DNA of 64,000 nt from the human T2T-CHM13v2.0 reference genome, Homo sapiens. A model generated the notes under the pieces. The model ran no database searches and was not told where the DNA came from. It was given only the letters and a program-made list of their open reading frames with translations. Positions 15,255 to 27,699 of this stretch are shown here, in pieces (positions within the stretch are counted from its first letter, which is position 1; each line of letters opens with the position of its first letter). The stretch is from NCBI RefSeq assembly GCF_009914755.1, contig NC_060932.1; one strand, 5' to 3'. A program made the translations under genes and the position numbers.

Positions 15255-16270
15255 GACTCATTCATTCAATAAACATTTTTACTGTCTCCAGGTATTTTTC
15301 TAGGCTGGATGTTCCAAGGTTAAAATAACAAAGTTGGTACTCTGAAGCAGCTTAAAGTGGTGTAAAATACAGAAAGTAAGCAAGTAAACAAACAAAAAAT
15401 CAAATAGTGATAAGTGTCATTATGATGGATAGGCATTACCTAAGGGCTACTTTTTATTGGATGGTCAAGAGAGGTCTATGAGTAGATACACTTAAAACTG
15501 AGATATGAATGACAAAAGGAAGATGGTTTCTAGGAAAAGGAAACAGCTGGGCAAATGCCAGATACAAGGCAGATAGGATCTTGGTCTGTTTGAGGAATAG
15601 GAAGTAGATGAGAATGGCTGGCGGCTAGTGAGGAGAAATAGAATAGTAGGAGATGAGGTAGGAGAGGTAGACAAATGTCACCTGGTTGAGTAAAGCCTTG
15701 TAAACCATGGTAAAGTGTTTGAAGTACATTTTTATTGCCATGGGGAGCCATTTGAGGCCTATTGCCAAGGGACTTCTGCAGTCTGATTTTTTTTTTTAAG
15801 ACCAGTAGGGTTGTTGTATAAAAAAACAGATTTTACACAGCAAGAATGAAACAAAGGTGGCTAGGAAACTATCACAATCATTCAGAAGAGACGTAGTTGT
15901 GGCTTAGATTAAGGTAATAGCAATAGATATGAAAAGTAGATGAACTTTGGGAAGTGCAATATAGAATTTGCTGATAGACTAGATATGGGAGGTGGTGCCA
16001 AAAAAAGGAATCAAAGGTACTTCCTGTAATTTTAACTTGTGCAATTAGGTAAATGGTTTCCTCACCTATGACAGGGAAAAACAAGGTGGGAATGCGGAAG
16101 GTGACAGCAGGAATCCGCAGTTCTGTGTGGGATATGTTAACTTTGAGATGCGTATCAGCTAGCTATCTGAGTACGTCAAGCAACCAGACTGGGTTTGGGA
16201 AGGTTTATCAGTTTGGGACTGATCAGCATATAAACAGTATTTCTAGACATAGGATGGTACCTCCATGAGA
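15255..16270 (-). mobile_element. L2 LINE fragment
   Basis: Starts CATTCATTCAATAAACATTT (reverse of the L2 3' tail), followed by a purine-rich L2-like body. Confidence 0.65.
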
Positions 16271-16699
16271 GTGCCACGCAGGGGCTTTAGCTGCAGCATC
16301 TGTTTTCATCTTGATTAACAACACAAGGTAGCTATTTTGTTTTTACACACATATTATTAGATTTTTATATATGAGCCTTTTTGATGTTTAGAGAGAAATA
16401 AGCTGAAAGTCACCCAGCTACTGAAAGGTAGAGCCTGGATTCAGATCTGGGAGTTCTTGTTCTTCCTATTGCACCAGGTTGCTTTACTGGAGCATTAAAA
16501 TATGTGAATTTCTGAGTATTTTTTAACTTTTTGAATGAAAGATTTTTAAAAAGTCTGTTTAGAAAGAATGCCAGCTCATTCAGAATTGAATCCAAGTATA
16601 TACATTCACTAGTCTTCTCTGTTGTTAAGTGACTTCTCTGGGGTCTATGGCTTGATGGTTTTTTTCCTTTTTTTAAACAAACAAACAAAAAAACCTCTG

Positions 16700-17037
16700 C
16701 GGTTGACTGGAGCCGACAGGTGAGGAATGGAGAGATGTTGGTCAAATAGTACAAACTTTTGGTTGTAAGATGAATATGTTCTGGAGATCGAATGTACAGC
16801 ATGGTGACTACAGTTATAATTCTGTATTGTATACTTTGAAGTTTGCTGAGAGATTTTTAAGTGTTCTCAACACACACACACACACACACACAGGAAATAT
16901 GTACGGTGATAGATGTGTTAATTAGCTTGCTTGTGGTAATCATTTCACAGTGTATATTTACATCTAATCATTACTTTGTATACCTTAAATATACACAATT
17001 TTTGTCCATTACACCTCAATAAAGCTGAGAAAAAAAA
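16700..17037 (+). mobile_element. L1MA-type 3' end containing a (CA)n tract
   Basis: GTTCTGGAGATC..TGTACAGCATGGTGACTA..; ends CCTCAATAAAGCTG + A tail. Confidence 0.85.
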
Positions 17038-17790
17038 CCCTCCACTCTTTTGACTTGTGGGATAGTATTATTTCTACTTCTCAAATCAACTGCCCCTTCT
17101 TCACTGACCAATAACTTTCGGCTGCATTGCAGTGATTTTTAGTTTTTTCTCAGCTTACATATTTCCTCTACAATCTCATGTCCCCATTGCTTCAAATACT
17201 AAATATACGCTTATCATCCTCAAATTTTTTACTTCCTGTCCAGACATTTCTCCTTAAGTCTAGGAGATGACGTCCAAAGTTTCCTAAAAGCAATTAGTCT
17301 GGTGGGAAAGGAGGCTCCCCCATCCACCCAGGAGTAATGAGGAGCGAAGTTCAGGAACTGTGAAGGTCTCATTCGTACATTCATTCCTTATAAGTACTTA
17401 CATACTCGCGACAGTTTGAAACCTAGTGTGGCATGCAGACATGGACGAAGCAATGACAGGCACGACGAGCGTTAATGAAGGGTATAAGCTAGCGCGAGGG
17501 CATTCAAGGGAACTTCAGAGCGCAAAGGAAGAATCCCACTTAGTCTCTCAAAACTTTGGAGTTTATCCGTTTAGTCGATTAAAAAGTGAACGGAAAGCAA
17601 ATCCCATTACGGAAGGAGGAAAGTTGGGGACAAATAAGGGATTCGTGCAGAAGGCTGCACTGCGGCCGGCCATGAAGAGAATAAGGGTACTTAAGGGAGT
17701 GTGAAGAGAATGAACAAGCCTAGGTAGAAAAAACTGAAAAGCCAGGATTGACGGACACTAAAAACCCAGCATTTGTTAAAAATCCACGTC

Positions 17791-17791
<1 letters not shown>

Positions 17792-17825
<34 letters not shown>

Positions 17826-17845
17826 ACACCCACACACACACACAC
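17792..17845. repeat. (CA)n microsatellite, interrupted
   Basis: Directly visible, ~300 bp upstream of the ATG. Confidence 0.97.
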
Positions 17846-17849
17846 CTCA

Positions 17850-18550
17850 CCCCGAGCCAGCACCGCAGCCCCGCCAGCAGCCAGGGTATCCTGAGATTGC
17901 GGGAGCGCCACGCACCGCCCACCAAGCTCCGTCCACCGTCCAGCTCGCTCCGCCCAGCTCGCTCCGCCCCCTTCCCCGAAAGCCCCTCCGCAGAGCCGCG
18001 TGCACGTGCGTGGCGGATACCGCCCCCTCTGCTCTCTTGGCCAATGAGAAAAAACTACGTAACTCTCCACCGCCCGGTGGCGGGTCACGTGACTGCGTCT
18101 CCCCGCCCTCTCACTCCGCTGCCTCTAGGTTCTGGGAAGATGGCGAAGGTCTCAGAGCTTTACGATGTCACTTGGGAAGGTAACTTCGGGTGGGGGCGGG
18201 TGCGGAAAGACTAAAAGCGCTGGGAAGCCGTTCGGGAGTACCCGCTGCTTTCGGGGAGCTGGGTTCTCTGGTGTCTTTTTGGTACCAGAGCCCTCACTGT
18301 ACGGGCCAAGCTGAGGTGGAGGCTGAGGCTGACCCTTCCCTTGGCCCGGACGCGTACTCTGCAGCGTTTCCCACGGTGTCTGCTCCTCGGTTGACCTGCC
18401 CTCCTCCGCGCCAGTCCAGCGTCCCGGGGCCGCTTTTATTTATGAGGCGGGCGGGAGGGACTTGGGGCTGGGGTTGTCGCACGCTAACTGGTTGCTGGGC
18501 GGTGCGGAAGAGGCGGAATAGGTGGTTACTGAAGCTTCTTTGGAGCCAAG
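17850..18550. promoter_or_regulatory. EMC2: CpG-island promoter of EMC2 (GC boxes, CCAAT box, E-boxes)
   Basis: Abrupt GC/CpG-rich segment in an AT-rich background; several CCGCCC boxes; CCAAT at 18041-18045; CACGTG at 18003-18008 and 18086-18091; no TATA box seen. Confidence 0.93.
18140..18179 (+). CDS. EMC2: EMC2 coding exon 1 (MAKVSELYDVTWE-E)
   Basis: ATG at 18140 in GAAGATGG context inside a CpG island; donor AG|GTAACT at 18180; 40 nt; the N-terminus is recognisable as EMC2/TTC35. Confidence 0.98.
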
Positions 18551-21500
18551 AAACACAGGGCCTGTAAGGCCCTTTACTAAGTGGTGTGTAAGGATTACAG
18601 CTCTGTGCAGAAAAGCTGTGTAAAAGATGCGTGAACAAATGTGATTCTCATATGCCACTCTACATTTAGTTTTCTTCTTAAACCCGGGTTTCCAGTTTCT
18701 TTTCCTTTTAGTCTAGTCTCTGTCCCACTCCTTCTCAAAACACATTTACACACACAACACAACTTCTTTCTTACTCCCTACTAGTAGTTTCTTTTCTGAA
18801 GGGAAAAATAACTAATTAACTCTGGGCTACGTAAGTGCTTACGTGTGATGGTCACTTTTCCCTATCCTTAGTTGATCTAGAGTGGGATATGTTCTTTAAA
18901 TCTGGGAACAGCCAAACCTTGGATCAATTCTGTGTGCTTAAGAAACTTGAGTTTCATTAAGGCGTGGAATTTGTGTAATTGGAATTCATATTCCCAGCAT
19001 TTAACATAATACAGGAGACTTCAGTAGCTAATTTGCTTAACGAATGCCTTCTTGGGATGTTTTAATAATGACCTGAAAACATGTGGACCGAAAGTTGTAT
19101 TTTCTGTTTTATCGTGAATAAATATATCAGTTATTATAAAGTTGTAAATCCGTTACAAATAAAGCAAAATTTCTTTGTACTTGAACTGAATTAAATGATT
19201 TATTGACTTTATGGCCTCTAGCACGTTGTGAATCTCAGTATTTATACCTGAATTGAGGGATTCCATTATATTAAACAACAGTGTTGATTTCTTACTGCAA
19301 AATCTTGGCTCTGTCAACACACAGTCCCCACTTCCAAGGAAGTCACAATCTAATGGAGAAAACAAACCTGTAAACACACAGTTTTAAAAGGCTTGTGTCA
19401 GGGTATCTTCCGTAAGCTGAGTCGTAGATAAATGGATGTTATTTTTAATGCTTTTTAAAAAATGTTTTAAATATTACATAATTTTTAGAAAATGCTATTA
19501 TGAAGGTATGTTCATTATAGGTTTCCTAGATGATAGTAGCATATATAAAATCCTGAGGGACGAGTAGCTGTATACTACCAACAGACAAGGTGATTTAACT
19601 GAGTAATTGGACCTTACCCTGTGGTCATTCTAAAGAGGATTGATGTAATTAATTTGGAATAATAAATAATAACTACTACACAAATTTGTAGGAACAAAGA
19701 AAACATTTTAAAGTGCTTTGTAAACTGTTAAGTACTATATAAAAGGATGTGTTACTATTAGCTAGTGCTAATATGATTATGTCCTTCCTCTGTATGATCT
19801 GGCGGTTGCCCATGTCTCCAGCTTTATCTTGAGCCCTTCTCCCTCTCACTTTGTGAGCTGCCTATGCTGGCCTTTGTTGAATACCCTAAATTGCCATGCT
19901 GCTTCTTAAAGCTGGCACATGCTAGTCCTTCCACTGGGAGTGTTCTTCCCTCCTTGCCTCACTCTTGCCCCCATTAAACTTTATCATTTATCAATTCCCC
20001 ACAAAGCTCACCTACTACAAAAAAGCCTTACTTGACCACTCTACTACCCCCTTCCCTTTCCTCATCCCCCACCAAAATTGAAAAAAAAAACCCAAACAAT
20101 AAAATGAAGCAACAAAACACACCTGCAATCCTTCGATTATGTATTCTATTCTAATACTATTGAAGCACTTACCCAATTGTGTTTTGTTTTAAAATTTTGT
20201 CTCTCCTAAGATGAAAGGGACCAGGCCTGTTTCTTCACTGTCACTTCCCTAGAGCCTGACACATGGGGGCGGAGCTCAGTAATTATTTGATGACTAAATG
20301 AATTGTTAATGAGATTAATAATAAACACTAACACATTGTCAGAAAAGATTATAAGCCATTTTTCTAGCGTTGAAATAATTTCTTTAGTATCTTAGATACA
20401 GGTTTTAGTATCATTCTTCTCTTAGCTTGAAAATGACCTTTTTAGAGAAGCCTTCTCTGACCACCCTTTCCAAAAGCTCCACCTTTCTCCCAATCTCCTG
20501 ACTTTATCATATGGTCTTTTAGTTTTATTTGTATAATTTCACTATCTGAAGTTATGTGGATTTTCATCTTTTTACCCTATTATACTCTAAGCATTATGAG
20601 TATATAGGAACTTTATCTTTTTCTTTCTTTCTTTATCCTCAGTGCCCAGATCAGGCCTGGCACATAGGCATTTAGGAAATATTAGTTGAGTGATGAAGAA
20701 CTCCAATATTTACTCCAAGAAGTAAATATTAGTGGAATAATGAAGTATAGTTCCAGTCATACACTATACTGCCTCAAAGAAGGTAGGAATCATTGGGTAT
20801 CTTAAGAATTTACATTGTAATGAAGTAAATCTTTAGAAATATCTGGTAGTAATTTACAGATTGAATTTGGGTTGAGAGATCAGTTTGGAAGCTATCCTAG
20901 CAATTTTAGCATGGGGTGATGAAAGCCTGGGCATGGATAATAGCAGTGGAAATAGAGTAGAAGATGTAAATCTTCGAAATACTTCGAAATACTTCAAAAC
21001 AATCCACAGGACTTAGATATACAAAACTCCCACAGTGGGAGTCAGAAACAGCACTAAAAAATGGAATGTCAGGTAGTATTAACAGAAGGTGGAATTAACA
21101 GAAATGTGAACATTGGGAAGGGAGGCCATATTTTTAGGAAATGAAGATGACTTGATTTTCGGATGCTGTGATTTTGAGGTAATGAGCTATCAAAGGTGAA
21201 AACATGTTTTCTTCAAGATGGTTTTATTTTTACAAATAATTTTTTTAGATAAATGTATTTAAGGCATTTCTAAAAGTAGTATGTGGTTAATAGTGCTACA
21301 AATGTATTTATTACAGCAGCACTCAAGAGTGTGGCAGGGTCAGCTATGTAAGGTGTATAGCTTAAGGTGTTTATAGGTAAAATGTTGCTTGTTTTGTAAG
21401 TTATATTTTCATACACAGTGTTTCTTGTTTTGTGTTCAGCTATTATATTTTAATATGTGACTGTGTGTCAGACTGCCGTTCTTAGAAGTTATGCTTTAAA

Positions 21501-22840
21501 AAAAGTTCTCTTTCCTATGAGTGTTTTTTCACAATAAGAAACACCTTTTACAAATTAACTCATACTCAATTAAGTATACCTATGCATGAATCTTTGAGTG
21601 TATGTATAAACTGAAACCAAAGTTGCATTTACAAAGGATTCTAATGAGTATTGCTTCCATTCTGTTCATTTTGTTTCATTCTCCCCCACTGCCCCCCCAC
21701 CCCCAACAGATGCTGGAAGAAATCCACTGAACCGATTTTATACCCTATTAATGGATTGTAATACACAGTTTGAAAAATACGTCTTCTGGAGCTCTGTGTG
21801 CATTAAAATAAATTAACCCTTTCCTTTTTCAAATCAGGTTGCCTTTTCTTTTAGAATAGCTGTTCCCAACAGCCTGCAGCCAATCTGACTAGATACTTTT
21901 ATGGGACCATGAATAATTTAAAATTTATTATCCTGTAATTATCAACCTTTTAAAAGAATATGCTGGTTTATGTAAATGAATCTGTAAGTGGTATTTCCGA
22001 ATATATAAAAAAATGAAGTGGAAAAGATACAGGATTGGAGGAAGTAGTTTTGGACTAAAGAAATCATAATTAAGTAGCAGGCATATTTTTCCATCTTTCA
22101 GAGGCCACCTCACTGCAGTGACATCTCATGCAAGTTGTCATGGAAGGAATAAACAGAACAATCATAGCGACTCTCTTAACCTTTGACCTTTAGCTCATCT
22201 CACAGGATTGCACAGTAGTTAATAAAATGTACAAGCAAGCAGTGAGAAGCTTACTTACATAGTATGTAATAAAATGACCTTGGCTTTGAGGAGCGAGCTT
22301 TTTGCAGGAAGGTGAAAGGGTAAAATGAAAGTTTTAAGCCACCTTTGAGGAAAGAGTGAGGGAAGAGCCTTTATTTCTTGTGAGAGGCTGAAACAGTTAC
22401 CAGATTTTTTAAAAAAATAAAAGTAACTAGAATTTTTGTAGGGCTTCACATTTTATAAAATGCTTTACACGAATTTTCTAGTGTTTGGTGTCCTAAACTC
22501 AAGGGCCAAGCAGATGAAAATACATGTAGTTGGGTGAAAGACAATAGTGGTGCCTATGAAGAACTGGTAAGTGTATACCCTTATCTAAGGGTAATCAAAA
22601 TCAACTTAAAAACAAAAATATCCAAACTATTGTACGAACCAAGCAACTTTATATATATTTTATGTAATCTTAACTGCTCATCCCTGAGCTAAAGGTAATA
22701 TTATCTCTATTCATTGGTATTGGAAACTAAGTACAGATTCGGTAAGTTATGTAAGGTCATGTAAAAGATGGAGTTTAGATTCAAACCAAGTGTATCAAGT
22801 CCATGTTCTTTCCAGTATACTATACGTCCTCTATGACTGG

Positions 22841-23209
22841 TGATATGGTTTGGCTCTGTGTCCCCACCCAAATCTCATCTTGTAGCACCCATAATTCCCA
22901 TGTGTTGAGGAGGAGACCCACTGTGAGATGATTGAATCATGGGGACAGGTCTTTCCCATGCTGTTCTCATTATAGTGAATGGGTCTCACAAGATCTCATG
23001 GTTTTAGAAACAGGAGTTTCTCTACACAAGCTCTCTTTCTTTGCCTGCTGCCATCCACGTAGGATATGACTTTTTCCTTCTTGTCTTCTGCCATCATTGT
23101 GAGGCCTCCCCAGCCACGTGGAACTGCAAGTCCAGTTAAACCTCTTTCTTTTGTAAATTGCCCAGTCTCGGGTACGTCTTTATCAGCAGTGGGAAAACGG
23201 ACTAATACA
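22841..23209 (+). mobile_element. THE1A-like solo LTR (MaLR) in intron 1
   Basis: TGATATGGTTTGGCTCTGTGTCCCCACCCAAATCTCATC...GACTAATACA; flanks ACTGG/ACCAG fit a CpG-decayed ACCGG TSD. Confidence 0.92.
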
Positions 23210-23610
23210 ACCAGTTTCTTTTCTTTGAACTGTTTACTCCTTTCCAGTTTATCTTCTGGGGCTTTTTGTTTTGGTTTCAAATTTATTTATTTTTAAAATT
23301 GACATATAAAATTTAAAATTCTAGTGGTTTCTTTTTTTTTGCACCAGAATGATTTTCCTGTCAGACAGCCATGATTGTGTTGCTTTTCTTTTGCTCAGCA
23401 TTTTTAAGTTGTTCTTCTGTACCTTTAAAAACAAACTTTAAAGTTCTCTAGTATGAAATAAAAGTCTTCCAAGAAACTCACTCTTCTTACTTCTTATACA
23501 CTCATTTCCTGATCCTAGTGTGTTTATTTAATTCCCAGCTACCAGTAGTTCTTTCTGTATAGGATAACTTACTTTGTTATATGCCTGTTGAACTCCTTTT
23601 TCAACCTTTA

Positions 23611-24051
23611 AGAGACAGGGGTCTTGCTCTGTTGCTCAGACTGGAGTGCAGTGGTGCAATCACAGGTCACTGCAGCATCAACCTCCAGGCTCAAGTGATC
23701 CTCTCACGTCAGTCTCCTGAGTAGCTGGGACCACAGGCGGGTGCCACCATGCTGCCTTTTTTTTTTTTTTTGAGACAAAGTCTTGCTTTGTCGCTCAAGC
23801 TGGAGTGCAGTGGCACGATCTCGGCTCACGCAATCTCTGCCTCCTGGGTTCAAGCGATTCTCCTGCCTCAGCCTCCTGAGTAGCTGGGATTACAGGTGTG
23901 TGCCACCATAGCTGGCTAATTTTTGTATATTTAGTAGAGACAAGGTTTCGCCACGTTGGCCAGGCTGGTCTTGAACTCCTGGATCAAGTGATTGTCCTAC
24001 CTTGGGCTCCCAAAGTCCTGGCATTACTGATGTAAGCCACCGTGCCTGGCC
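23611..24051 (-). mobile_element. Antisense three-arm Alu composite in intron 1
   Basis: Right-arm fragment 23611-23756, poly-T 23757-23771, then a full dimer to 24051. Confidence 0.92.
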
Positions 24052-24235
24052 CATTCATCACTTCTAAAGATAGTCATAATACCAGTTGTAATGCTGTTTC
24101 AGTCTTCTAAAGGATCTGTTGCCCTTGTTCAGTTAATTTTCTACTTTATCAAATTTGAGATACCACAGACTTCTACATGATTGTGAGTTTATTTTCCTTA
24201 CCTAAAAAGCTGATTTTGTCTTGTCAGGTTTTTGA

Positions 24236-24478
<243 letters not shown>

Positions 24479-24846
24479 TAACTGTTCTTTCATTCATGAT
24501 TTTTCTACTTGTCATATTAATTTTCTTTGTGACTTTTTGTCCCAAGAATTTTAATGATAGTTTATTTTGAGAAGGATTTATAATTGCTTGGTAGTAGTAA
24601 GCTATCAAATAGGCATTTTGTTTTAAAGCTCACAGGGCTGCCAAATGTCTGGCCAAAATGTATTGTGTATGGACTCTTTTAGAACAGTAAAACTATTAAA
24701 TAATTGGAGATTTTAACCTTACATTAACATATTTTACACTGCTGAAACATGTAAGAATGCATTCTTAGTTTCAGAGATAATACAATAAATCAGTTTTCAG
24801 TTATAAGTAATGTTCTCTAGAAATATCAGAAACTAGAATTCATTAA

Positions 24847-24981
<135 letters not shown>

Positions 24982-25390
24982 TAAATGAAGTATATATTTA
25001 ATTTGCTTCATCAATTGTATACCGTAGTTAAGACTTAATGTGTGGCTTATATGGAATGCTTTCAATAGCTAGTTTTGAGTGCTACTCTGAACAGTAAGTG
25101 GAACTAACTAGATATTTTAGGACAAAGTATCTTATATCTTTTTATTAGTCCTGAGAAGTAGCTGTTTAGTATCCCAGTTTTACTGTAAAGATTTAGTTAC
25201 TGAAATTTATCTGCTTAGTAAGTGACTTATCCTATTTTATAGAGTTTAAAATAAGAAAGTTTAAAACAATTTTGTATTTTGTGTTATTGAATGACTTTCA
25301 CAGAATGTAATGTTCAATACTGTTACACAATATTATAAACATATCTGACATAAGAAAATCCCGACGTATAGAACATAACATAAAATACTA

Positions 25391-25711
<321 letters not shown>

Positions 25712-26652
25712 CTAATACTGCTTTTAAAATAACACTGTAATGGTAGCTATGTTTTTGGACTCATGCTAGGAACGAAGCTAAATGCTTTACATCATGATTT
25801 TATTGAGCCTTCATAATTATTTCTTGATTTGATTTGTGTTTGATGTTATTATTATATTTATTTTATAAATCAGAAAGCAGAGGCATCTGTTAATGTTGTT
25901 CCTATCATCTTGAATTCTTAAGTACCGCTTCATGCTGCCTCTGTATTTAAACTGAAAGAAAATATGCAAAAACAAAAAATTGAAATACCTGAAAAAAATT
26001 CACATCTGAATTAGTATTGTCCTTTTCAAGGTTGGGTTGGCTATACATGTAATTCTAGTGGAGCTGTTAGTGATGAAAACATTCCACAAAACCTTTGTTG
26101 GATTACCTTCAGAACCTATGAGACATAGTCTTTTGAATATTCATAGAGGTGACCGTTTTTATGTCTTGAGAGAGGTTTTTATTTTTATTTTTTTTGAAAT
26201 AGCCAAATATCACTTGATAAAGTAGGAAGTCAAATTAGATAACACTATTGATTAATAAAGCAGTATACACAATTAAACAGTAACTTTATAATGGTTAAGA
26301 TTATTTATACAGTTAGCTTGCTTGACTGACCAAGTAATATGATTTTGCTTGATATCAAAGAAATAAATGAACATATCTTCACTTTTGATTAACTTGAATA
26401 TTTTTCTTAGTGTGGCAAATTTCAGCCACAAACTTTGAAGCTGTATTTCCAATTCATATTAAAACTTATGTTATTACCAGTTAATAGTTTCATCAGTAGT
26501 TAATGGCATTGTTTTGGTCACACATGCATTAATATGCTTCAGTGGACTATTTGTATCATCTTTAACATTTCTAGGACTTCCAAAACTTTGAATCCTTCAT
26601 ATGTTGCTGAGAATGTAGATACTCAGTAAATATTTGATTATTTATTTAGTCA

Positions 26653-27072
<420 letters not shown>

Positions 27073-27478
27073 TTAATATAAAATTTCAACAGGGCAAAAT
27101 TAATCAGTGTTTATGTTATTTGCTAGGAACTTGAGATGACTACTAAAAAACTTAGTTCTTACCAGGAGAATGCTTATGCTGTAATTAGGAAGAAAACGCC
27201 AGGCGCTGTTGTCATTTAAGTAGGGGCCTGACACATTATAGAAGTAGTTTTTAAGGAGGAATAATATGATATTAGTACTTAAAGAGTTATTAGTGGTTCT
27301 CATAATCTGTTCATTTTCCTGGTTAAGAGCATGATCAGTTTCTGAGAACTGATTGTTGCCTTCACTGTAATGTCATAGTGCTTCTTTCAATCCATTATTT
27401 GTTACTGATTAATTTCACTTCATGTTATTAGATGACACTAATGAAATTATTCAAGAAGACACATTGAAGACTATATAG

Positions 27479-27628
<150 letters not shown>

Positions 27629-27699
27629 TAACCAAATCTTATCAGCTGGCAGGCATGGAGCCTGTTAATCATGGTGGTGTTAATTTTTTTTTTTTTAAT

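Noticed and set aside
17426-18658. Multiple overlapping ORFs around the promoter
   Set aside because: Expected from stop-codon scarcity in a CpG island and (CA)n repeat; only 18140-18179 is supported as coding.
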